Assembly: GCF_000150275.1 (NCBI RefSeq)
Contig: NW_002060968.1
Coordinates: forward strand, 229,797 to 293,796
Length of the DNA stretch: 64,000 nucleotides
Source: Trichoplax adhaerens
Lineage: Eukaryota > Animalia > Placozoa
Direction: 5' to 3'
Part shown: in pieces, positions 32,493-45,199 of the stretch
How the letters are laid out: each line of letters opens with the position of its first letter
Position numbering within the stretch: the first letter of the stretch is position 1
Translations under genes and position numbers: made by a program
Notes under the pieces: model-generated
The model's input: the letters and a program-made list of their open reading frames with translations, nothing else
The model's database searches: none
Told to the model about the DNA's origin: nothing

Positions 32493-34413
32493 CTGTATGA
32501 TGGAAGGACACATTCCTATCTTAACATGTGGTATTCATTAGTCTATAGCATCAACAAACGTTAGGCATTGGCTGGGGATTGCAATTACTTATTTTGGGGG
32601 TAATTTGTGTACGTGTGTATAAATATTGCAATTGTAAATACAATATACAAACAAATTCATGGATATTCATCAAACTTGGATGCACAGCTAATTACTATCT
32701 GTTTTACTTTTATTGCACCTATTTACGAGGATGTCGAACTGGCTTCTGATCGCATTCATGCTGTTATTGTTTTTTTTATTAGGTAGCGTTATCCAAGCAT
32801 TATGCTGTAAGGAGTAAATCTGCTTTGTGTTAGCTATAGACATCGTCAAAATAGTAAAACTACAAATATTATTTTTAGATTTTATGAAGAAGAAACGCTT
32901 CCATAATCATATATTTAAATATAGTTCAGTTGGACATTATAAGAGCGCTAAAGTTAGCGATAATTTGCATTAAACTTTACATAGCCGCGAAAGAGCTGTT
33001 TTTATACAGTATGGTAATAATTTATTTACAGTTTATTTCTACGTGAATATAACATATGAAGTAGTATTGTATTGCAATCGTTCTATGATTAGGATATCAC
33101 GAGACGATACGGTAAGTTTTTGGTTATTAACACTAATCCGTTGATGTCCGTACACAGTCTTAGAATAAAATTCTTATTTAATTTTCGATACATGCTCGTA
33201 ATTATAAAGACGGCTTCTAGATTTGTTGCAGTAAGATCAGTATCGTTCATAATGTGGATTATAAACTTTTGTAATTATTTGTAAGCCATTTCGATTATCT
33301 TACAATTGGCTCTATCGGATTCTCCACAACATAGAATCTTAATACTTGTGCGCTTAATTCTTTGTTACTATCTTAAGATCATTTAATTTTGGTTGGTATA
33401 TTCATGATATTTTAGTGTTCTCATCACGTAACGATCTCAGTACTTGCAAAATTGCCTGTAACACCCAAAAATATACAATTATTCTAGTTTGGTGATGATA
33501 AAGGAAGGAGCGTTTTAATAATATAGTATGCTGATTGCTTTTATGTCAGAAATGAGCTGTTCTGCAAGATATCGCTCCAGACAGCATCAAACCAGTGCTA
33601 TAAGCTCCTCGTCATCCCTTTAAATCTATATTTCAGTGGAAAACTTAAATATTACATAAAATACGTGAATAGCTAACCTAACACATAAAACAATTCTATG
33701 ATGATGGAAGTCTTGTTTATAAGGTTGTATATGTAGTTCACAGTACAGCTTAAGCCTTGACCATTATTGTTTTCAACCTTACATAGCCGACGGTATGGTA
33801 TGACGAATTATTCTTTGACCAAAATCATAGTAAAAACTGCCAGATTTATTATTATGAGAACAAATGCATTGTATGTATTAAAATATCGATGGTAGAATTT
33901 TTGTTTTATGGCAATGATTTAAGAAATTTGAGAAGATTAATAAATTCATTAATTATAATCTGTTAATACTGATGCAACTATGATCGAATGAGTATGCCGA
34001 AAGAAAAGATACAGTAAGAAAAACAAACTTAAAGTTAAATTTCTAGTTGGGTTAATCAAATCGAGCGTAGTTAACTTTCGTCTCTAATCCTACATAGGGT
34101 TGTGTAACTGCACATTACAATCTATAATTATATAATTTATATAGAAATTTAAAAAAAATTACCTATAATTTTCACCGATAATTAGAATAGCTTTAAAACA
34201 AGGTGTAAAAGAAGTGATGATGTGCAAATTACTAATTTATTTTTGCATCATACACAAATAACTGAGTAATATCAAATAAAGACTACTATTGGCTACATGT
34301 ATGAATATGGTTTGGTCCTAATAGAATTAGTAGTTTGTAATCAATTTTCAATCCATAGACATTTGTTATAGTAAGATAGTACGGAAGAAATTGTTAAGCT
34401 GTAGGGGTACTTT

Positions 34414-37400
34414 TCATGTTTTGGTAGAGCTAATCGCTAAAGCAATATCATTCCGACCTATTCGTCTCAAAGCTGTCTTCAGTCCATCAACATTAACATT
34501 TGGGCAATTTTTATTATACCAGATATCGAGAAATTTCATTACTTGATCGAAAACTCTACTTTCTTGAGCTTTGATTGTATCAACATCGATAAATGGGCCT
34601 AATATAGCAGCCAGTTTTGTCCAATCGATGCCAATTCTATCTGCAATTTCGAAAAAGCAATTCCTTGGATCTATAGAGTTACGGCAATATTGCAAATAAA
34701 TTAAGATGAAAAATGCTTAAACGAGAAATATTGCTAAATAGTACTTGTAATTAATATAAATAATGATTTGCCAATGTAAGAACTTTGCTATATATGTAGA
34801 ATTTAAAATATAAGATATAATAAGTTTGCATTGCATGCATATAGAGTACAAGAAATGGCTGGAAATATAGAAATACAATCAAATAAAGCAGATATAGATC
34901 AGCCGGCTAATTTTGCACCGAATATTATATCTACGCTGATACATTACGAGATCAAGCAATCATTAAACTGTATCTTTGGGATATAGCTTTGTTTTTATCT
35001 ATAGTAAAATATTTATACAAGTATAAATACTATATGTATTTTTATACTTAGTTCAGCTGCTTCTACAACAAATATTACATATTCCTTTCTTGTATTTAGT
35101 TGATAAAATATTGAATACATCATAGCAAGATGTTTATTTGATAAGTGTTACACTCACCATGTCTACTTGCCACTTTTTTCTTTTTACCGAAATTCCGATC
35201 ACGTATTGATTCTGATTTATGCGATCCTTTACGTTTACCAAAGCGATTGATATCTGATGTTTCTGCAAAATAGTTAGAGACTACTTCCGTCATCTTGTCA
35301 GCTAAGATAATAATCATTATTTTGAGAGATTACGCAGTTAATTTGAAGAGTAAATGCCGTAATCGATACTGTTAGAAAATAGATACTATTAACAAGATCG
35401 CGAATTCATCACTAAAGCAAGTAAATGTTATACCTATTGGAACATGGTATAATTTACTTTTATTTACTTTATTGCTAATTTACTTGACAAATACACTGTT
35501 TAAATTGAGATGCATTTTAACTTCTTCATTAAGTAATATCTAGTCTATATCTTTACCCACCGTATGTATTTGTTAATCTTTCCTTTCTAAGAAGCATCCA
35601 GTCACGTGTAGGCTTCGATTTAAAAAACTTCTCACATAAAACACAACGAATAATATCTACACTATCCGCGAAATAACTATCCACTATTTCTGTCATCTTA
35701 CTACATTCATTACATCTAACATAAAATCTACTTTGTGCTGATTTAAACTTTGGCATTCTTTCATTAATTGTCTCGTTTAGTTTATCTCTAATTATTATAT
35801 GTGGTTGTATCTTACTAATCCAACTACCGATATTATTCTCAATCCGAGACGCAATTTCTTTCGGATATTTCTGATAGCAATAGAGTAAGCTAATACGAGA
35901 TTCTTCTTTCTTAACAACAATCTGACATTGATAATCAGGTATGTAGTATTTAGCACATCGATAATAAACTTTTACTCTTGAGTTATTCCACACTTTTAAA
36001 CAAGCCGATAAAAGGCAATAAAATATACCGTCAGGAATATACGGTATAACTTTTTCGTCGTATCCAATGTATAGCCAATCTGATACACGATAATCTGTTA
36101 GATCTAACGTACCAACAGATGAATTAAGTAGATAAGGTATAAAATATTGCTGGTGACATTCTTTGTTATCAAGACTATCATGTTGATCCTCAATTTTACA
36201 GATAATATTATAACTATCCATTAATTGTAACACGAAATCTTTCTCTTTCTTTTTCAATTCGAAATCTACTACAATATTATCAATGTACGCTTCAGATATT
36301 TTTCCAGTCTGATAAGCTTGATTATAAGATTCTCTTACATTAGTGGCCTTATATTCGCGTTTATCGAGTTTAATAATCGATCGAAATATATTGAGTAGCC
36401 AATCGAGATTAGTTACAATCATTTCTTCTACGCCTTTTTTACGACAATATACAATATCGCCTATATCATGTAAGTATAATAACATACTACGCAATTTCTC
36501 ATCGTTTTCATATAACTCGCAATCTATAGCTAACTGCTTTACTTCTTCCAATGTCATAATATTATGAATTCTATTAATAATACGATTAAACTGTGTTGTT
36601 GATGCGGCTTGTCTGCTTATGTCATTAACTGATGTATGCAATATAGATGCCATAATATACCATCGAATCGGAATCGATTTTTTCATAAAAGGTAAACTAG
36701 ACACGATTCGCTTTATTAATTCATGTAACTGTAACGTAGTCTGTCGACGTTGCTCGATAGCCGCTGAAGATTTATCATCGGGATCGCAATGAAATATGAT
36801 GTCTGAAAAGCATATATTAGATTTATAGATAGGCATTGTTACAATAATAGAATTCTCAAACGCCTTAAATCTACGTTGACGCTCTTGACAATCTTGTATT
36901 TGATCGCCATGAGATGCTACTAAGATGACAACTGGTAAAGAATATTGTTGCAATTTACCATCAATTTCTACTTGGACAGTCTCATCGCCATCATGGCTAC
37001 CAATAATCGATGTAAGCCATTCTTGCATAGCATATCGATAAGTCATATTAGTTGGGTTTCCTTCTCTATCAATAACAAAGTCATCGAAATCACGAGTAAT
37101 ATTAAAAACTAAAATATAGATACTATTTCCAGATAGAAACGGACGATGCGTAACATGATAGACAGCTTGACCTCCGAAATCGACTAATTTACCATATTGA
37201 TTATCGTCATCTACTATTTCGCCTTTCATATCGATTATAGATCGCATAAAATCTTCGTACATTAAGATTTTGTGGATTTTTTGTGTTATTGAGACAGTAG
37301 ATACAAGGGTATCGATAGCCATAGGTCGATTATCGCTAATTACCGACTTTATTTTATCAGTGCTAATAAATGTGTCTGTTTCTATCGTCTGTATTTGACG

Positions 37401-40400
37401 ATCTACTTTACTAACTTGGATATCTGGGTTGATATTAGGTACAATATTCAGTTTTGTCTTGAATTTTTGTATAGCTGCTAACACTTTCCTATACAATACT
37501 ATCTGGAAGTGATAAATCTTCTTGTCTAAGATATTATATACAATAAGATTAACATATCTGCCGGTGTCGTCGATAATCTCAGTTTGGCTTACGCTAATAA
37601 TTATTCCTTGATTTGTAAATACGTTCATAATAGTCGTTTTACCCACACTTTCAGGACCGGCAAAGATAATTTTAGTAAAATCATTACGACATTGTCCATC
37701 TTGCAGCGCTTCATTATAAGCTTTAATGTATTCTTTATCATTGATAGCTAAATTAATATTAATTGATCAAATTATTAACCACAATAGGAATAGTTGTTAA
37801 TATACAGGATCAATATCTATCAACGACTAGGTTATGAGCGTAAATTAATTAAATTAAACTTCGTTTACGTAGTAAATAATAGTTTTTAAAAATAAATCTA
37901 TTCAAAGAAAATGGAAATTTAGCGATTTACAGTATTAATGAAATCAAATATTCAAGTTTGATCGCTGTATCATTAAGTAAACTATAGTTGCTATCAAGGT
38001 TGACAGTATTTTATGATAGATGAGAAGTAGAACAGCTCGTTAGTAATAAAAGTAGATAAAGATAATGCAGTATTTTCTTACCATCTGTATATGTGGAATT
38101 TTTACTTTTTAAATCCGTATTTGCGACTTTGAGGCTACCCTCTATTCATCAATTAATTATATATTAGTGAAGTCACATAAGTGATAGCTCGCAATTCAAA
38201 TTCTTGAGTAAGTCGTAGAGTTCAGCATTTACCTTGTAGTATTTTCATGGCATAACTCGATAATAATGGATTCGACTGAGCTTGTAGTAACATAGCGTTA
38301 AGATTCTCTATTATTTTATTCTGTTTTTGATTACAGAGACTGGCTATTAATATTATCAAATGGTCTTGCGATAAATTTCTCTCTAGCCAAAATCGTAACA
38401 TATTCGTAGCTAAAACCGAACTATGGCTTGCATAACGACATTGTTGCTCAAGATATTGGATATCATCATTAGAAATGCCCAAATGGATTGCCAAGTTTAT
38501 CCACTTATCTCCAATACCGTTTGCAATAGTAGAATAACATACCTCTATAGCGTAAAATACAAGAATATTTGGAATGGCTATTACAGCTATATTAAATAGT
38601 TAAAGATTATGTGTTTTGTACATTGTAATCAATTACTGTTCATTATCACACTATTAGTCTTAACAAACAGTTAGTGTTAATCGTTGTCGTTAGATATTTG
38701 ATTTTAGTACAAAAAATTTGCACGGGTGTAAACTCTAGTATTAATGTGTATATTTATAATAATTATTTAATGTCCCTTGATCCATTTTACTACCAATTAC
38801 TAACCATTGAACTTTTCTATTGCGGCTTTTTCTTCATCGATATACTTATTGGTCGAATTATCTTCAATTTCTATATCATTTTGGTCAAGTCCTACTGTAT
38901 AACATAATTGTAGCCTAAAATTATTTATTTGAATACATATCGGTAATTGTTTAGGATTATGAAATGTTAATCCTTGTATGGTTAAATTACCTTTACCATT
39001 TCAAACATTTTAAATGATACCGTTGTTGATATGTTGAAAATAATAGTACATTATTTCTTTATTATAACTTACTGACATATTAATTTACCAAAAGAATACT
39101 GATTAAAATATAATTTTAGATGTCTACTATATAACATACTTTCTGTTTATGGCATTAGATTGCATTAGTACAGGCTCTTTTTAGTCTTATAGCTTAATAA
39201 GAATGATCGACTAAACAGAGTTAAATCGCTATGCAGTGTAACGTTACATCGATATCTAATAAATAAACTGCTGCAACCTTGATCACTACTTTGCATTGAG
39301 TGTTGATCTTGATGTTCCTCGACTAGAAATAAAGAACAGAGTTAAGATTCTTATCAAAATTAGAGCAAACAGGTTATCAGTCCTGCTTGTAGGCAGAATT
39401 TTACCATCTAGTGCTACTTTCATGCTAATTTCGTTTAAAAAAATAAGTATTGTTACTTAGATAGCAGGTAAAATTTGCGTAAGTTATTTTCTTGTCAGAA
39501 ACGATCTACGATTACGAAAATTTGTTGTATTTAAATGATGTGATGTATAAAGTACAGTAGTAATTTGTACTAAAACTAGGACAGAAAATTGTAGTAAAGA
39601 TATTCTTCTTGATTTTACCAATGTTATCTTGTTTTGTTGTTAATTAATCATTATTTTATATATGCAAGAATATTCATTCAGTTTATATGAATACCGATTT
39701 CTAGGGTGTATTACTTTCTTAGAGTTTGTCATTTGAAAGAAAACTCTTTTATTGTGCTGAGTAGGTGATGGACTTTTAGCTCATTACTTCTCTTTTATGG
39801 GATATTCTGATGATAAACCCTTCAACGTTGAACTTGTTGTAATGTCGTCATGTCATAACACTAAACTTACGTACTATTTGAAATAAAATATAATGTCCAA
39901 TGGCAAAAATGCTTCATCGACTAATGTATGCTTGATTTAATATCGCTTAAATAAGTTATTAAAATTTTCTAGTTGGGTCAGTAATGTTGATGTCTAATTC
40001 TGTTTACTAATAATTGGAAATACAAGTTTTAGTTTTGAACTACACATGAGAAAATTCATAAATAGTAATTGGACTGTACCAATCTGTTCATAAATTGTCC
40101 TTCAACACGATTAATATTTTGGGCAGAAGAAACATTAGGAAAATCATGAACTAATTTGCAAAATTCAAGTTGATTTAGCTTATAAATTAAGGCTGTAAAG
40201 GAGTCAAAGACTTGTTGTATGGAAGTATTACGATATAGAATATCATTCCTAATTGGGCTAAATGAATTATATAATATAGAACTGCTGTCTATTAAAATTG
40301 AATGAATGAAGGATGGCTCTCTTTTCAATCCAAATGCTATGCTTTAAAATCATTACTGTTTATTATGAGAACGTAAACTGTTTATGTTACACTCATTAAT

Positions 40401-43400
40401 CATTAATTATAATATAATTGGAGTAGAACTAGGTATGGAGAGAAATATGAAGTTAATTGCTATCGATGACATTCATGCTACTACCGTATTCTAGCGACAG
40501 TAGTTGTTGATGGAAAGAAAGAACAAAAACATGAGTGTGGTATATTAGTGAGTTTGAATTTTCAGATCCGATTAAGGTTCAATTATTCGGTATGTTCCTT
40601 TTAACTTTAAAATGAGTGAAGTGGTCCAAGTAGATGCCGTATCTTAATAAAATTATTTCATAATTTTCATAATAAAGCAAGAATCAATAACCAGAAAATT
40701 CTATCGTCTCTCAGATTATAGCTAACTTGCCAATCAAAGTAATGAGTATAGCATTAGCCTTAACGATTAGTTTACTCAAACAAGCTATGTTTTATGTTAT
40801 TATTATGAAATGAGATTTTCGTTCGTTGTATCGATACAGTTTCTATATTCTAAGGTAACTATAACTTTAACTTATTCTGTTTGACTATAGTAGCACAGGA
40901 ATAAAATTTATAGTATGCACGTTAGTAGAAGAATTTATAGATGAAATAGTTGCCTGAATGCATTTCTTACAAGTTATCATTTGTTGTGCATTGTTTATCG
41001 GCAGTTATCTTATTTGCAAGAATGTTATCGTATTCGTTAGTATTTGTAATATGCCGTTAGCAAACCGTTAGCTTTGTTCAACTATATAACGGTACAGTTA
41101 TAGCTATAAAAGTTTAGTTCAATACTCTAGCTTTACTCGACTCTTGTAGAAGATTTCTAGCAAATCTTCCTTGTTACAAAGTAGAAGAGTTTCGGAAAAG
41201 TAACGGTTATGCTAACATTTTAATGAAATTGTTGATGTAAATTAGGTATTTATTGGAACGTAAAAGGTGAAAATATATTGGATGAAAAATTGTTCGAGTA
41301 GTGCTGAAATCAAGAAATTACCTGGTGATCGTGTAGAACGATGGATGACTGTTGGATTGATTGTAAGTTGCTGATGAAGAATATTGGCTATTTTTGATGC
41401 GACAATCTCATCCCCTTTTTCTTCCAATAACAGTAAATTATTACATTTATCAATTTCTTTCGTGGAATAGAGGATTTGAGGGTGATTTTCTTCATAGAGA
41501 TTGCGTAGACTATCGATGGATTTTCGATAGTATAAGATTGCTTGGAGATAATTAGACTGTCGGCGACAGACTGCGGCTAGTTTTTGATAACATTGCGCAG
41601 TCTGAGGATGATTCTCGCCTAATGTTACTAAATAAACTTGCAATGCCTTGTTATATAGAGATAGAGCATCATCGAGTTTTCTTTGCTTACAATAGGTAAA
41701 TCCAATATTAATATACGTTGAAGCAATATTTGGATGATTTTCGCCAAATTCTGCTAGATAAATCTTTAATGATTTGTTGTACATTAATAGAGCGTCTTCA
41801 CACTTGCCTTTTACCATATAGATAGCTCCAATATTGTTGTAGGTTGCAGCAATGCTTGGATGATTATCACCAAGTTGTGCTAGTTCAATTTGCAATGCAT
41901 TGTTAAGCATTAATAGAGCGTCATTATGCTTTTTTTGATGATCATAGACAGCTGCAATGTTGTTATATGTAGTAGCAATAGTCGGATGATTCTCACCAAG
42001 TTGTTGTAGTTGAATCTTAAGTGATTTGTTATGCATTAATAGAGCGTCATCATAATTTTTTTGGCTATCATAAACCAATCCAATTTTGTTATACGTTGAA
42101 GCAACTTTAGGATGATTATCACCTAATTGTGCTAGTTCGATCTTGAGCGATTTGTTATACAGTGATAGAGCATCCTCATATTTGCCTTGATTATAATAAA
42201 CAAGTCCCATGTTACCGTAGATGAAAGCAAGACTCGGATGATTTTCACCCTGTTTTGGTAGTTTAATTTTCAGTGATTCTTTCAATATAGATAGAGCGTC
42301 ATCGTACTTACTTTGCTTATTGTAGACTAGTGCAATGTTGTTATATGTTACAGCAACATTGAGATGATTTTCACCAAGCTGTGCTAGTTCTATCTTCAGT
42401 GATTTGTTATGCATTAATAAAGCATCGTTGTACTTGCCTTGTTCGTAATACACTTGTCCAATATTGCTATATGTAATGGCAATTTTGGGATGATTTTCAC
42501 CAAATTGGACTATTTCAATGTTTAATGATTTGTTATACATTAATACAGCGTCATTATATTTGCCCTGATGGTTGTAGATATTCGCAATTTTCTTATAGGT
42601 TGTAGCAACATAACGATGATTTTCACCAAGTTGTATTAATGTAATCTTGAGTGATTTGTTTAATATTGCTAGAGCGTCATTATACTTGCCTTGATTCGTA
42701 TAAACTTGTCCAATCTTGTCATATGCTTTAGCAATATTTGGATGATTCTCACCAAAATGCTTTAGTCGAATCCCGAGCGATGTGTTATACATTGCGAGAG
42801 CGTTATCGTACTTGCCTTGATCAATATAGACATCTCCAATGTTGCAATAGGTTATAGCAGTGTGCGGATGGTTGTCATCAAGCTGAACTATTTGAATTTT
42901 TAATGCTTTATGATGCATTGATAAAGCGTCCTCATACTTGCCTTGATTACTATAAACAAGTCCAATACTGCTATACATTACGGCAGTATTTGGATGTCTG
43001 TCACCAAATTTTGCTATTTGAATCTTCAATGATTTGTTATACATTGATAGTGCTGCATCATACTTGCCTTGATGATTATAAACTGCTCCAATGTTGCTAT
43101 ATGTTGTAGCAATAGCTGGATTATTGTCACCCAGCTGTGCTCGATCAATCTCCAATGATTTGTTATACATTAATAGAGCGTCATCATATTTGTCTTGCCT
43201 ACTATAGACTTGTGCAATGTTGTAGTATGCTAAAGCCATTTTTGGATGATGATCACCAAGTTGTTCTAATCGAATCTTCATTGATTTTTTATACATTGAT
43301 AGAGCCTCATCATACTTACTTTGTTCATAATAGATATCTCCAATGGAGTTATACGAGTAAGCGACATTGATATCTTGACTCCCTAAACAATTTAATTTCA

Positions 43401-43785
43401 TTTCAAGTGACTTATTAAATTCGGTTAAAGCTCCTTCGAAATCACCTTGCAATCGTTTAATGAAGCCCTGATGATCTAAACACTTTGAAATTTTCTCTTC
43501 ATTTTGTAGTTGCTTGGCTATTTTCTCTGCTTTCCTGCTCCATTCATCGATTTTTATTAATTCATGCAGATGTTCATAACATTTAGCTATATTAAGATAA
43601 ATATCACATTCAAGATGACGAAGACTATGATCGTTACTCTCGGATATCAATTGAATTTCGGTTGCAGCTTCCATGAAATAAGATAGCGCTTGTTTATAAT
43701 TGCCTTCTTTTCGACATTTCACACCCTTTTGGTTTATGGATTTGGCTTCGTTCAGGACATTCACACTAGTCGACGTACTCGCCAT
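34414..43785 (-). CDS. Roco gene A: TPR array (3 cap + 15 x 42-aa repeats) - death domain - Roc GTPase - COR - basic linker - death domain, ~1852 aa
   Basis: Exons 43785-41322, 39322-39278, 38894-38805, 38544-38233, 38141-38082, 37747-35561, 35301-35158 and 34670-34414 are all GT-AG and give one open frame of 5559 nt. P-loop KIIFAGPESVGKTT, G3 LVDFGGQ, G4 VILVASHGD; COR motifs PIRW, LLYLHDIGDIVY, WL. Death-domain signatures IGDKWINLAIHLGIS..I..L...ML.FW and IGIDWTKLAAILG...FLDIW...LKTALRRIGRND. Confidence 0.85.
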
Positions 43786-45199
43786 ATTTCAGTTTATAGC
43801 AGGACCGAAAGCATTTACTCTGATAAAATAGACAATAACACTCTACCAGAAACAAATTTTAATTGTAATAGCAGTACGAAAGATCAGTACAATCGCTTGT
43901 TTAAAGTTATTCAACTGTCAATATACCGTATATCGACATCAACGTAATTACCGCAATAAAGTCTAGGTAGCATTTTATTCTAGAGTTTGTATATATAGTA
44001 TTTTACATACATATAAAGATAAATGGAATTACACTACAACTTGACAACGAAATAGCCATCAATCTCTGAATTCTGTATCCTTCAATTAATCAGTAATTTT
44101 TATGATATGAAAATTACCTTCTGTAGTAATTGCAATAAGAGAAATAGAAAATAAAATTTTCCTTTACTATAGTAATTTAAATTACAAATACTGTATGATG
44201 TTATTTTCTAAGCGGGGATAATGGTGCTTTTGGTGAGATCTTTGTAAAGATTGTATATTTACTGCGGTATATCATCAAAGAAAGACCAAGAATAATTAAG
44301 ACTGTTGGATAAATATTATATAGTCTTTGTTGTACAGTAATCGTTATTGTGGAAAATGGATGCAAGATTATAAAAGTGAGGGCGACGTAATAGAGTCAGA
44401 TTGCTATAATACTGTTGACTATTCACATTCTCAGTTAATATCAAAAATCACTCAACCGTCTTAGTAAGAAAGGGATACTTTATTGTAGTTTATAATGGCC
44501 AAACTCCCTCCCAGAAAAATTCCCGGCTTTTATACCCTCGATAGCAGATTATACCATAGAGGGCCTGCAGAATCTACAGTAAGTCTTCCTAATGCTTGCA
44601 AGCCTTGATCATGCAGGTTCTTCCTTATAGTCCTAATATAGCTATTATATGTCATAGATACTGCACAAATCGTAGTAGCACCTTCTAAATGTTATTACAA
44701 GCAGTGGTATAATTCTGCAAGTCTAACCATAAAGGTTCTCCCTTATGTTCCTAAAATAGCTATTCTGTTTGCTGTGTTACAGTTGCTGCACTAATCTTAG
44801 CATTTTTAAAATGTGAGTTAAACTGACAGTTCAAGCAGAGGTATAAGTCTGTTTATACAGGCTGGATGTACTAGTATATGTAAAATTCGGTAGTTATGGT
44901 TGAGCAACATGTAAGCTATCGTAAGATAATGAAAGAATATCAGAACTGCTAAGATTATAGAAATCAATTCGACACATACTATAACAGTCGATGAAATGGA
45001 AAATGATTGATTTTAAGATATTGCGAAAGTTGTTGGCTTTATAGATAACTAAGTATGACAAAGTACATTAACATCTAGTGCCTGGCAATTGTAAGTAATA
45101 GTTAAGAATGAATCACAAATTGCTCATGTTCTAAAATACGCTAGTAATGCAATACAATCTCAATACACTATACTTGTTTATTAAAGTAAACCACATAAT

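Noticed and set aside
35553-37646. 697-aa ORFs starting at GTG as complete genes, or as LRRK2/DAPK1 orthologs
   Set aside because: The called start lies inside the P-loop; the real exon begins at the acceptor at 37747/50723. No kinase, LRR or ankyrin domain is linked.
41242-43785. TPR ORFs as stand-alone kinesin light chain or nephrocystin-3 genes
   Set aside because: There is no KLC coiled coil and no NPHP3 N-terminal region. Both ORFs carry a splice donor at the same position (SPG|gt), diverge immediately after it, and have in-frame downstream exons.
44141-44150. ISRE/IRF-like GAAATAGAAA upstream of Roco A
   Set aside because: Expected by chance in AT-rich DNA and not conserved at the homologous position upstream of gene B.
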